Assembly: GCA_020137815.1 (NCBI GenBank)
Contig: CM035350.1
Coordinates: 2,604,001 to 2,668,000 of the forward strand
Length of the DNA stretch: 64,000 bases
DNA from: Hormiphora californensis
Lineage: Eukaryota > Animalia > Ctenophora
Direction of reading: 5' to 3'
The notes beneath the pieces were generated by a model. It did not search any database. It was not told the origin of the DNA and was given only the letters and a program-made list of their open reading frames with translations. The translations under genes were made by a program, and so were the position numbers. Below are positions 1 through 14,852 of this stretch, piece by piece; position 1 is the stretch's first letter, and each line of letters starts with the position of its first letter.

Positions 1-70
1 GTGGTGTATACGGCGGTCTGCACAGCTGTTTATTTGATTCAAACACAGAGACACTCCAATGCTCACTAAC

Positions 71-1839
71 CTCTGTCGAGCATACATTAGCACCAAGACA
101 TGCCATCCAATAATCATGATGAGAAAGGAAATTGGGTAAGCGAAGGAGATCCACTTGTTGTAATCAACCACTGGCGCATCAGGGAACTCGCTAGCGAACA
201 CACTGGCGAACACAAGGTTAGGGGGTGTGCCCGTTAGGGTGGCTATACCGCCCATACTGGCACCATATGGGATGGCCAGGATGAGACCCTTGCAGAACCA
301 AGTAAAGGCCGGGTCGTCCCTCTTGGCTAGCTCCTCCCGAGATATTGTAGTGCCCGCCATCTCCGTTCCGTGCTCTATCTCGAACTGGATCTGACGCAGG
401 CTATCAATAATCGCACCTGCAGGTAGTAGTATAATAATTGTTGGTAATGAAATTACCCCTCCGCAAAAGCTCACAGATGCAATATAATAACAGGGGTGAC
501 TTTGTAACCAAGTAGTATTTGGAGTAGAAGTGGGATAGTAGAATTGGGATATTTGGAACTCTGTATAGTGGGTTATAAATCTTTAACACCGTAAAGTGTG
601 ACACTACCACTCTGAAACGATCTGTGTGATGTGACAGTGTGATGTGACAGTGTGATGTGACAGTGTGATGTGACAGTGTGATGTGACAGTGTGATGTAAC
701 AGTGTGATGTGACAGTGTGATGTGACAGTGTGATGTAACAGTGTGATGTGACAGTGTGATGTGACAGTGTGATGTAACAGTGTGATGTGACAGTATATCA
801 CAGTGTATTTTACCGATGATTGGGAGCATCATGGCAGTAGTTGCTGTGTTGCTAAGGAACATTGATTGTTTCCAAGTGACCAGTATAGTCCCTAGCAACA
901 AGAGGGCCTCACTCCGTCCCAACAGGGAGAGAATTCCCAGGGCAATTCTCCTGTGTAACCCACACGATTCAACCGCTTGAGCCATCATGAATGTTCCCAA
1001 CATTAGCATACTGATATCCTGCAGGAGAATTAGAATGGTAGAATTATTGGGAGAATGGGGGGATTCAATCTTGGCTGAAATGTTATATGGAATATAATAA
1101 GATGGGCTCTCTGAGGAGATTTTGAATTAATTTCCTCTATTGAAAAATAATATTCCCCTCCAAATCACTTTATTCCTCCGAACTTTAAGCTCCTGATCCA
1201 TCCCAAATCACCCCACCCCCTTTGTAACCTCTCCCTTTGCCCCTGTCCCATTATAATGACGTCATACTCACATTCCAGTAGAGTTTGGACACGGTGGCTG
1301 CAGACATGGTTCCAACCAGTGGGAAGAGGATGGAGGGAACAAGAGCCGTGATAGCAAGGGGCATGGCTTCAGTACACCAGAATATGGCCGTAGTGGCGAT
1401 AACTACACCTGCCCGGGCTTCTGTCGACTGCAATACATTTAATTGGTAAGATATACTATCAACTAACAACCGAGAGATTTAGATAAATTAAAATAAATCT
1501 AATTCACAACTCTATTTAGATTCGGTACTACCTCTACGGGAAGACATGCTACAATGATCAGGCCCACGAGAAACACCACTCCAACTAGTACAGTCCTCCA
1601 TTTTGGGACGAATGTCGTTATCTCAAGGTCAGGGGCATCCTCTTCGTCAGGCAGACCAACCCTATCTGTATCAACACTGTAACAAGAAGGACACACTATC
1701 AGGTTAGACCAATATAAAAACAGGGGTGACTTGTCAAGTCTCAATGAGACTTCGTAACCAAGGTTAGACCGAGACCGGGTGATACACTAACAGTTGACAA
1801 AAGGCATTACCTATGCATTTCCATTTCATCGTACAACAT
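71..1839 (-). CDS. SLC13: SLC13-family Na+/carboxylate-sulfate cotransporter, multi-exon, 3' part beyond the left edge
   Basis: Approximate exons 1811-1839 (MLYDEMEMH), 1531-1677, 1272-1425 (FWCTEAMPLAITALVPSILFPL), 814-1018 (AVESCGLHRRIAL...MFLSNTATTAMMLPI) and 71-416 (YGASMGGIATLTGTPPNLVF), with GT-AG boundaries. These are DASS/SLC13 signature motifs. The paralog cannot be assigned. Confidence 0.92.
624..794. repeat. 13-bp minisatellite (GTGTGATGTGACA)n, ~13 copies, in an SLC13 intron
   Basis: Directly visible; it produces the spurious HTVTSHCHITLSH repeat in the ORF track. Confidence 0.95.
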
Positions 1840-3153
1840 GACAAGTGTGACGCGAGAGAGAGAGAGTGGGTTGTTTGTTTGTGTAACTTACAGTGGGGAG
1901 TATTCAAAATCATCAGTTGAAATCATGATATATCAGGTCTCATACACGGTGGCCGGTAGGGAGTGACATACTGTAGGGCGCGAGTATAAGGGTGCAGAGA
2001 TGTTTGCGCGGTGTGTGTAACACTGCGCGCAGCATCTCTGCTGCTGGTGATGAGGCCGAGCTGATCCCGATTAGTTACTGGTAACTGAATCAGTAAGTAG
2101 TAACTGGGTCACTATCATGTTTTATCCTCGGCCTCACTGAGTCAGTTACTCAATCAATCAGTTACAAGTCTGTATCAAGAATCAGTTACTGAATCATTTA
2201 CTTATTATTAGTGCTGTAGTGGTTCATATTGATTTGTAACACTGTTACTGCAAGAGAGAGAGGCGTGCGATAAATTTGCTAGGGAAGTCCTAGGACTATA
2301 AAGTAAGGGATATCTCCGTTTATGAGCGGGCAAGTTCATAAACAAAACCAGTTACAGCCGAGGCCCATCACAGTAGATTTATATAATTTCCAACTAGAAA
2401 ATAGTTTAAGCTTGCAGACAAAGAAACTTAGTGCAAAATTAGCATGATTAAACTCAAGACTCAATATAAAAGGCCCTCCTCCATTTTTATTGCCCACGCG
2501 GTAATATTAATATCTAAGGCATAAGCTAACGTTCGAAAACTGAGGCCACGCCACATACCTACATAACTTGTGAAAGATTAAGACAGTTACACACATGATT
2601 ATCCGCTATACTAACAGAGCGAACACGCTAATTACGCTACGCAGCCGCTCCTTCATATAACCATAAGCAAGAGTGAGTAAGACAGCAGTGAAACATATCG
2701 ACAAGATGTGAGAGAGGAACTAGGCAGTAAACATTTTTTGAAAAGCTGGGAGAGAGTAAAAAAGTGACCATCTGGCATTAACTGAGGGCATATGAGATCA
2801 ACGGAACACACACTGAGACACACACAGAGATACTACCCGAACCTGGTCCAACTCATTATGCCGGATTTGGAGGAGAGAGAGAGAAGGAAAGATTGGGAGA
2901 GAGAAAAGGAAAGAGTGGGAGAGAGAGAGAGAGGGGAAGAAACGAAAGACAGATTTAATGGTAGATTCGGACAGCTATGCTATACTATACAATATCCCTA
3001 AAAGAAGTAATACAATAGGAAGGAGCAACACTGGACGTGTATTGATGTACTAGAGAGTTTTGTTTTGCAGTGCATAACAATGGCGAGAGTTGAGGTCTTT
3101 AAACACTCCATTATACATGGTACATGATACATACCATGAATAATGAATATAAT

Positions 3154-4240
3154 GTAGGGGAGACTTGACCCATATGAACCACTATCATGTTTAGGTGTGT
3201 CCTGTTCAACGATTTAGTCTAATACCTAAAATTTTTTGGTAGATGGTCATTAAATCGTTCATTTTATTTCCCCGATGTGTCATTTATAGCTTAAAATAAC
3301 CCCTTAGTAGAGATATCCTGGTATTCCATTTGGGAAAAAAACTTACAGCGTTGAAAAAATTAGGTTATACGGGATAGGATTTTTTTGGCTAAATGGGATA
3401 GTCCATTTTGGCAAAATGGGATACAATTTGGTTATACGGGATAGGATTATTTGCCAAAATGGGATAGTCCATTTTACCAAAAGTTTGGCAAAATGGGATA
3501 TCCTTAAATAAAAAATCCGAATTTAGGTGGTTGTGAGAAAGCTCAGTGTTCCAAACATAGTGAACATACCCTAAACAAATATGGTATCATAAACTATAGA
3601 ACAGGAGCAGCCAGAGTTGTACGGAAACAACATAACAACCCAACACCGCCGTGCGGGCTCAGAAAGAGTAGTAAGGAAACGTTTTTCTGCCGGCTAGCGT
3701 GATCAAAACGACTTCCAAACTTTGAAAATTAAAAACGAAGTTCATTAATGCTCAGGAAAGTAGAGAACTTAATCAAATTACGCACAATACGTAAAACTTT
3801 GCCAAAATGGTATAGTAAGTTTTGGTCAAATGGAATATTCCATATTGATACAAAAAAGTATGCCATTTAACCAAAATTGGGTATCTTCAGGTTTTAGTGA
3901 TTTCCTATTAAGTTAACTGTTTAATGTAAAATATATCGATGAGATATGATGTGACAAAGTCTGAAGTCCAACTCCTGTACGATAGATTTTGGTTCGGAAA
4001 TCATGGGTGCACAAAATAAGTGGTATCAGACAGGTCAAATTTCTAACTTTTTTGTTTCGGTTTTTTTCGTCCGCCAAAAATTAAATTGACTGTCCAATGA
4101 GTAGTTACATGGGCTGGAAATGGTACTGAGCTTATTTGTATCACATTCCGGGGTGAAGTAATCTTGAAAATCGCATATTGGGCTCCCCAGCGAAAAATTC
4201 CATTTGGGCAAATGTACCATATGGGTCAAGTCTCCCCTAC
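3154..4240. mobile_element. Non-autonomous TIR DNA transposon, ~1.1 kb
   Basis: GTAGGGGAGACTTGACCCATATG (3154-3176) is the exact reverse complement of 4218-4240. The interior is AT-rich with repeated AAATGGGATA motifs and no transposase ORF. Confidence 0.8.
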
Positions 4241-5367
4241 GTGTCATAATTGGGACGAACAGAAAGACTTGATTTCGAGGCAATAAGACACCCCTGATTT
4301 CGAGTGAGACCATGCCTCAGTGGTCATTGTTTCAACTGCCTGAACAAGGCGTGTAGTAGTGGCGTGTGAACCAGTGATATGAGTATACCATCTCCCCGCC
4401 CACCCCCGAGTCCGAGTGGTCTCCCCTCTTACCTCTTGTTCCCAATAACAACCACAGTGGCCGGCTTTCCGGTTCTGTCCTCCTGAATTCCCATTGTAAG
4501 TTGTAGTCCCACCCCTTACTCAACAAACAATAGCGATGTTTCAACAAAAAATAATGAACTGGACGAATCCTCAAGGTGATAACACAAAAGAACAACGCGG
4601 GGTCGTGTTTTATTTAATCTAATTCTCGTCCTCGCTCTAAACGTGTGTGGAAATAACCATCACACAGGCCGGTATGTTTCGAGGAACAATAGGATTCTCC
4701 CCTTACAATTCCGCCTTGTTGATAAGGGATCGTTTGTTTGAGTCGCGTTGCAGTGATCTGCTGCAGTGATGAATGTGAGAGTTTTATAGCTGGATTCACA
4801 ACAAACAGACTAACAAACAAACTAACAAACTACTTCACATTTTTCGTTAATATCGAGGGGGGGGGGAACTAACCTAGTTTTGTTGATGTGCACTTCCGTA
4901 TGATCCTGACTTGATACCTTGTTAGTCATGTCTGACAAGTCAACAAGTTATTACACAGACAGATGGCAAAATATACGACAAATCGACAAAGACAAAACGG
5001 AACTCATAGTGGAATAGTTAATCAAATAGACACGAGCGTCTAATATGAAATTTGCAATTCTTGCTAAGATCAAAGTGGCGCAAAAACAAGTAGAAACTGA
5101 CTCACTCAAACCGTATGGTTTCAATTTGAAATGAACTATCCGCCCAACTACCCTCTAACGTTATCACTGTCACGCCACCTCAGCTAACTCGCTGTAACTG
5201 ATATCAGCGGCCCAGATGGTTGATTCGACTGTACTTCAAATTGCATTACATGGAGAAAGTCGTTACAGTTCAAAACAACAACAGAGAGAGTGGGGAGAAT
5301 CCATTATTAAAGGGAGTTCCTCTTTCTCCCAGAGTTCCACAACTGCAGCCCTCCCTATCAAGCCCTC

Positions 5368-5402
<35 letters not shown>

Positions 5403-5582
5403 CCAGGTGGCATTGAAGCCTCGATGTTAACCTAATCATACCGAATAATAGCACAGTTGTTAAAAATTCAGTCTGGTTTGTGGACAGACACAATAGACCA
5501 AGGAATACTGGCATAATGAGGAGTGAAATCTGAATTTGAGCGTTTAGACAGGGGCGATTAACAAACAAGTGAATTCGGAGAA

Positions 5583-6365
5583 TAGTAGGGTCGGTTGTGG
5601 GAAGTTGGGTCTGGAATTTTAAATTTGACTTGCTGATATGATTAGGGACTCTATAAAAAGTCCAAAGTACCATCCCGCAGGTCTCTACCACCCCCGGTTC
5701 ACTAATTATTCGTAATTATGTGATTTATGGCGTTATCGCCAATTAGCACTAATAATACCAGTTCCTGGTCACTTAGAGCTTAGATTTCGATACCAGGTGA
5801 TAGAGGATCACTAGATTAGTGGGCATTCAAAATTTCAGGTCAGTCGGAGTTATGGTCGAGGAGTTATAACCGTTTTTCCGTTTTGGCGGGAAAATATTTT
5901 GGCGGGAAACCGAAAAAGCCTAATAACCCAAGAACGGGGTGGGGCCAAGGTCTGGCCCCACTAGGTTTTGATCACCTCATCGAGCCCGATCGAACGCGAC
6001 CAATGACGACCTCCTACGACGACCTAAACTCGTAATCCCACGTGGTGCCAGCCAACCACCAGCCAAACGGAAAAACGGTTATAACTCCTCGACCATAACT
6101 CCGATTGACCTGAAATTTTGAATGCCCACTAATCTAGTGATCCTCTATCACCTGGTATCAAAATCTAAGCTCTAAGTGACCAGGAACTGGTATTATTAGT
6201 GCTAATTGGCGATACCGCCATAAATCACATAATTACGAATAATTAGTGAACCGGGGGTGGTAGAGACCTGCGGGATGGTACTTTGGACTTTTTATAGAGT
6301 CCCTAATCATATCAGCAAGTCAAATTTAAAATTCCAGACCCAACTTCCCACAACCGACCCTACTA
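5583..6365. mobile_element. Foldback/MITE-like element with ~300-bp near-perfect inverted arms
   Basis: 5583-~5887 (TAGTAGGGTCGGTTGTGGG...) pairs with ~6062-6365 (...CCCACAACCGACCCTACTA) with few mismatches around a ~175-bp spacer. Confidence 0.9.
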
Positions 6366-6612
6366 GAAGATAAAACCACGGGTATCAGTTGTAATGTGAA
6401 GCTTGGTCGGGATATACAATTTCATCTTTTTACACTGAGTACGGCTCGTTTACATAACTGACCAATAGAACACATATATGGCAAGGCACACATATTTTAA
6501 GTAATAAGATCCTTCATGCTCAAATAATGATGATAACCCAAGGTTTTTTTTCTATCATGTCTCACTTTTCCGTTTTTTATGATTTCAAACTTTCCTCCGG
6601 GGCCATTGCAGT

Positions 6613-9108
<2,496 letters not shown>

Positions 9109-9574
9109 GAGTGAAGAGTGATAAAGAACTGAAATGCACTGCACGTGCAAATTAGAATTACCCATTCATCTCCATGGAGCACTCTCCACGTGCTACACAC
9201 TCCCCCTTTAACATAACCCTCCATTCTAATACTACTTCCTACAGGTACAACTCACTTCTACGACGATAAGAGCAGTAACACGCAGAACTACCAGACCGGA
9301 TTCTATGGGTTGCAGTAGGCATCGTTCAAGGTAAGCAAACTGTAGCTCTAGTATTTGTAGATGCACAAGTAGGCAATGTTACACAGCAGGAGAGAATACC
9401 GCAAGATGGCATTTGCAGAGAGAGAGATAATGCCGCATGGATGTGGGAGATAGAGAGTTGATTAACAGTGTGTGAGGTGACTATGGTAACATGAAACATC
9501 GTAGTGGGGGATCTGACTGCAATAGACTCGATTTGTAACGGGAGTCAAATAAATTATACACGATTAAGCAATTT

Positions 9575-10333
9575 TCAAGCGTTGTTGTTCAGCCAGCTGC
9601 GGGGAAAGGTCAGAGGGGCAACCATCTTCCTCCTTTTCTTGACGTTCAGTAGCTTATCCAGGGTCAGTTCACCAATCACAGCATCCAGATCCGCAAAGTT
9701 ATCGTCGTTTCCAGCGAAGTCCTGGTGTTGCTTGGTATCCAAGTGGGCATCAAGGTCGGAGACAGTCACGCGGCAGTTCTCGCAGTAGACCTTCTGTCGG
9801 CGGGCTAGGGTCCTCTGGGTTCCAGGGGCGGGGTCAGGTGCGTTGTTCCGGGCCCAGGCAGATCCAGTGCAGGGGTAGTCAGGGAAGAAAGGGACGGATA
9901 TCTTGCTGGAATACTGGGGTTTGTAGCACTTAGAGGAATCCTGGATAATTAGCTCCGGTCGCTGGATCTGAACAGTCTGGATCTGAGGTTTGGGGGTAGC
10001 AGGAGCAGGTTTGGGTGTTGTAGCAGCAGGGGGAGGAGGAGAGGGGTGTCTCTTAGCAACGTCGCTCATCCACTTGGTAACGGCAGCCGCACTGATCAAC
10101 TTGACACCGAGGGAGGAGGTTTTGGCGAGGAGTTTGGGGCAGATGGAGGTCTTGTTCAGGACGACCACGTGGGAGACACCGGTACAGAGGAAGGGCTCCA
10201 CAGGGATACCGGCAGCCATACATCGCTTCTCCAGGGAGGGCAGGTTGTGGAAGTAGAGATTGTACATTGTAGAGGAAGATAGTTGTTGTTGTTGTTGGGA
10301 TGGGGATAATGAGAGGGGACCTGGAGGGATCAT
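9575..10333 (-). CDS. DBF4: DBF4/chiffon-like CDC7 kinase activator
   Basis: 252-aa ORF with motif N-like NLYFHNLPSLEKR...VEPFLCTGVSHVV, motif M-like PELIIQDSSKCYKPQY and the DBF4 zinc finger YCENCRVTVSDLDAHLDTKQHQDFAGNDDNFADLDAVI. An upstream exon is not excluded. Confidence 0.85.
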   Translation of the reverse strand: MIPPGPLSLSPSQQQQQLSSSTMYNLYFHNLPSLEKRCMAAGIPVEPFLCTGVSHVVVLNKTSICPKLLAKTSSLGVKLISAAAVTKWMSDVAKRHPSPPPPAATTPKPAPATPKPQIQTVQIQRPELIIQDSSKCYKPQYSSKISVPFFPDYPCTGSAWARNNAPDPAPGTQRTLARRQKVYCENCRVTVSDLDAHLDTKQHQDFAGNDDNFADLDAVIGELTLDKLLNVKKRRKMVAPLTFPRSWLNNNA

Positions 10334-11028
10334 TTATACTGGACCTTGTTAGCAAGGAGGGGCAGGTTGGTGCTTGTAAATCAGGGTGAGGTGAGAAAGG
10401 GGTCACCTAGCACCCAGCACCATGTGACACCTCCTCCTCCCTCTGAATGGGATCGCTGTGTGGTACCGTGATTCGAACCCATCAGGTTCAGGTAACAAGG
10501 TCAACACATGGATCACCTTTCATGTGCCTGTGCCGAGAGAACGGGTAAGGGCCCTTCGTAACGGCTTATTATTCTGAAATCTGACATGACCCCTGGCCCT
10601 TACCCAGCAAATTCTGACAATGATTATCGTGGACAAAGACCGAAAAACCAAGTATTCTAGTGCCTATAATCCAACTGTTCATTCATCAAAACTCTACAAA
10701 TGACAATTTCTCACTAATCTCTCACCCCAGTATATGCACTCCAACTTCCTGCATGTAGCAGTGCACTACTTACCATCATTTTCCTCATCATCTAGGGGTC
10801 CTGCACCATTTTTCTGGTTACCAAATGTAGCTGGGTTCTGTTTATACCAGGGTTGCTGTTCCCTTCGTCCTGATGTAGCTACCGACATGCTTGAGCAGCT
10901 ATAAGATCTGCAGAGGTTCTGTCTGAGCGCACTGTCACACAATTTGAGAATCAAATCGGGGTCTGGCAGCAGAGTTTCGGGTGCTTAATAATCCCATAGC
11001 AATACAAACAATTGACCGATACTATACT

Positions 11029-11054
11029 TTGTTGAGTAACCCCTTACTCAACAA
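11029..11054. mobile_element. 26-bp palindromic micro-element with an 8-bp flanking direct repeat
   Basis: TTGTTGAGTAA-CCCC-TTACTCAACAA flanked by ACTATACT at 11021-11028 and 11055-11062. Related copies at 7511-7538, 51696-51721, 4511-4526 and 57202-57217. Confidence 0.7.
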
Positions 11055-12732
11055 ACTATACTAGGAACTGATAATCTGCAGAGTTTGAAACATAAAGGTC
11101 CGTTACTATACTAATTGGTATATTATCGAATGGTACATTATACTTGCTAGACAACTGCAGAGATCAAACAATCAGCCCTGTAATTTAGGAGGATGCATGT
11201 TCGACATAAGGGTAACTGTTACTATATGTACTACATAATATAGGGTCAATGTTACATAATGTACATACGGGGGGCTACCAGCTATATTATATGCTGTAGC
11301 AACGGAGCAAGGCTAGTTGCAGTGCGCTCTAGTGTGATCAATTCTCTGCTTGTCATGCACACGAAATGAATTGTGAGCCATGATGAAGCGAGATCAGAGA
11401 GGATATAACGCATATACTATCATGTATACAATTATATATATAGAACCAAACATCAGACAGTCAATATGTTTATTGGGCTACAACCAAGCTAGTCCATGTG
11501 CTTTCAGAAGGAGAGAGATGTATGTGTCTAGATTTCCAACTCGAAACTAAGCAATCTGCATGGAGATGATACACCTGTGCAGATTACCTGCATGCTAACT
11601 TGTACATCTTCACAAGCTTCCACTTGTGTGGATCTGTTAGCCTCGAAGAGGGACGAGCAGCGATATATAATCTCTTTTTTACCTTCCAAAACACATCCTT
11701 ATAGGAGATGTAGCAAAGCTATAGTAGGACGTCCCTGGTAGCAGCTCACCATGTATTAGACCTGAGCCCACTCTCAGGGTCACATAACCAGTTATTATAA
11801 TATCCTCCATGAATCCTGCTCCAGGACTGTCTGTGCATCCTGTATTCCATTTTGCATTATGTCTGAGTCTGCTCAATTTATTCTCTCTTAATTCTCTCTT
11901 AATTCTCTCTTTATTCTCTCTTTATTCTCTCTTTATTCTCTCCCCCCTCACGACAGCATGGCGCACGTGGTCTCGTGATATAGGTTTGTAGAATACTGGG
12001 CAGACAAAATGTTATGTGTTGTTGAAGAATAAATATGACATTCTACATTTATTATAGTGGCACTCACATAGTCACAAATAATCTCTCACTCTTACTGTCT
12101 TTTCTTTCTTCTCCTTCTCTCTTCCTTCTCTCTTTCTCCCTTTCAATATTCCTTCTCTCTCTTTCTCAATCTTCATTCTCTCTCTTTCGCTCTTCATTCT
12201 CTCTTTCTTCTCACCTAGACAATCACATTCCATGTCGTTCCAATATACGCTATAATAGAATACCAACAGTCCTTCCAATACTGGTGATCAGATCCCATGT
12301 CCTGTCTCACTTCAGCTATGTCCCCCTAGTGATGAAGACAGGGAAGAGGGGACGGTGGTAGATGGTGGTGGGGTAGTGACCCCATGGAACCCTCCAAATA
12401 ACCCAGCCGCACCCTTTGAGAAGGTAGGTAGGAGCTGGAGAAGGGCAGCGCTGTTCGAGCTGACGGGCGCTTTGGGTCCAAGGAAGGAGAGGTTTTGGGT
12501 GACCAGGTTTGCGAGGGAGAAGGAGTCAGCAACGGAAAACTTGGGCAGTTCTTTTACTGAAGGGATGGAGTTGGGTTATAGGAAATAATAAATAGAATAG
12601 TATAGTATCGCAAAACCGAACACACCAGCTAACCAAATCAGGTCATTTTTTTTTCAATGTATGTGTAGTATACCTGCATGGTCCGGGAGTATTATCTTGG
12701 GCATCTTGTTAGCATTATATCTCTCCAGTGGG

Positions 12733-12828
12733 TTACCATGGATACCGACTTTTAGATAGGGCGGGGAGGTATTCACTGAGGGATCTCTTTCGTGGTAGAA
12801 CAGGAGAGAAGGCAGTCAGCTGTACGTT
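12733..12828 (-). CDS. Possible terminal exon of the DMRT gene (NVQLTAFSPVLPRKRSLSEYLPALSKSRYPW*), or part of a small separate gene extending to ~12215
   Basis: Good acceptor (ttctccctcag). Phase 0 matches the donor of the DMRT exon ending near 18195, and TAFSP resembles the SAFSP-type motif of DMRTA C-termini. An alternative reading (MPKIILPDHA + exon ~12215-12557) is also open. Confidence 0.35.
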   Translation of the reverse strand, partial: NVQLTAFSPVLPRKRSLSEYLPALSKSRYPW

Positions 12829-13030
12829 CTGAGGGAGAATATATCGGGTTAGAATCATGCTGAGACGAGATATATAATGGCTGTCAAAATTGCTTTAGGT
12901 CTTAGTACAGTACTATAGGCATTGTAAATACGATACGCTATATCTAGAGCTATACCACCACTACTATTAACTGTTTAGTGACGATTGTCTGTTATAACCC
13001 ATATATAACCCCTCCCTATATATATGTTTA

Positions 13031-14852
13031 TAAGTCCAAAAACCAATTAAATAAATTAGTTTGGATGCCCGGGCCCATGTGGTGTCACGGGGGTAACACC
13101 TTTAGGCTACTGCTATAATTAACCATATCTCGTTAATTGTTAATTGTTATCCTTCAATCTTTCTATCTCTATCTATCTCTCTCTCACTCTCTCTCTCACA
13201 CACTATTTCTCTCTCTCTCTCCCTTTCTCTCTCACTGTTTCTTTCACTATATCTCTCTTTTTCTCTCTCCTCTTATTTATCTCTCCGTCTTTCTTGATTA
13301 TATCTCACTCTTTCTATCCTAATTTCCTTTGTCTTTATCTCTCTCGATATCCATCATTTATGACAGTAGCCTAAAGGTGTTACCCCCGTGACACCACATG
13401 TGCCCGGGCATCCAAACTAATTTATTTAATTGTTTTTTGGACTTAATTTCTGTTCTTTTTGGTGTTAAATAGAAAAAGCTATTTTTTCTGATTTCTGCAT
13501 ATTTTCAAATTTGAATAGTTCATAAATATGCGAATAACGACTAAACGGTGAGAGATACGACTTTTTGTCAGGGGGACAACCCCCCCCCCATAAATCGACT
13601 ATTCTGCGCCGGAATATGTCCATGAAAACGTTCTAGGACCAGCCGAAGTGGAAATATTAAGAATATGCATTAAATCATGAATCGGTGCATAAATATGCAA
13701 ATAACGGCTTAACGGTGCGAGATAGAGATTTTTGTTCCGAGTAAGACCCCCCATAAATCGACTATTTTTCGTCGAAATTTGTCCATGAAAACGTTTTAAG
13801 ACCAGCCGAACTGGAAATATTCAGAATATGCATTAAATCATGAATCGGTGCATAAATATGCAAATAACGGCTTAACGGTGCGAGATAGAGATTTTTGTTC
13901 CGAGTAAGACCCCCCATAAATCGACTATTTTGCGTCGAAATTTGTCTATGAAAACGTTTTAAGACCAGCCGAACTGGAAATATTCAGAATATGCATTAAA
14001 TCATGAATCGGTGCATAAATATGCAAATAACGGCTTAACGGTGCGAGATACGACTTTTAGTCCGGGGGACGACCCCCCATAAATCGACTATTTTGCGTCG
14101 AAATATGTCCATGAAAACGTTCTAGAACCAGCCGAAGTGAAAATATTGAAAGTATGCATAAAATCGTGAATAGGTGTATAAATATGCAAATAACGGCTTA
14201 ACGGTGCGAGATAGAGATTTTTGTCCCGACTAAGACCCCCCATAAATCGACCATTCCGCGTCGAATAAGACCGGTGTCAAGTCTCTATGACCTTCGAGTC
14301 GTGCCATATCGCGACCATGGTTTAAATGGATATTTAATGACTAATTAATGAATAATTAATGAACTATGGCGATTTTGAAGTTCTTACACAGCTATTACCG
14401 AGCGCAATGATGTAAGGAACCACTGTTCCAAACGGCAAGTCTCTACTATTTGTGGTTTAGGAGAACACTCAAAGATAAAAAAAGCGTCCTCCCCCCTTAC
14501 ATTTTTGCATTTTGGGACCCCTCTGGCAAATTTTTACCTTATATCCGATCGTTCTGAAAATTTGCATGCCTCTTCTCCTATATGAGGGCCCTCAGAGTAC
14601 AAAATTTCAGCTCTCTACTTCATCTGGAACATGCTTTTTTAAAGCATCAAAAACCCCGAAATCTGCAATGGTATATAGTAGCACTGGCAGGTTTTCACGC
14701 GCTTGTGTGTAGAAGTGTTGCGTGTGCTCTCTCTCTTGATTTTTGAGTTAGATGGTATTTCTAAGGTGGGGGCTGTGCCCCCACACCCCCGTTTATGGTG
14801 GGGGCTGTGCCCCCACACCCCCCTTTTGGGCCCGGGGCACTTGCCAGTGCTA
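13031..14852. mobile_element. Composite non-autonomous element with Helentron/HINE-like architecture
   Basis: 82-bp inverted repeat (13031-13112 vs 13364-13445) around a CT-rich tract, then internal tandem repeats, then doubled GGGGGCTGTGCCCCCACACCCCC hairpins (~14766-14823) bracketed by TAGCACTGGCA / TGCCAGTGCTA. Confidence 0.5.
13521..14265. repeat. ~163-bp tandem repeat, ~4.5 copies
   Basis: TAAATATGCAAATAACGGCTTAACGGTGCGAGATA (first copy diverged) recurs at ~13523, 13690, 13853, 14016 and 14179. Confidence 0.93.

Noticed and set aside
404-1009. 201-aa ORF as one protein with His-rich repeats
   Set aside because: Only ~814-1009 is SLC13 exon; the rest is intron read-through across the 13-bp repeat.
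10766-10954. Upstream DBF4 exon (MSVATSGRREQQPW...)
   Set aside because: It has a good donor, but joining it to the nearest strong acceptor (~10575) gives an immediate stop, so it could not be linked or assigned.
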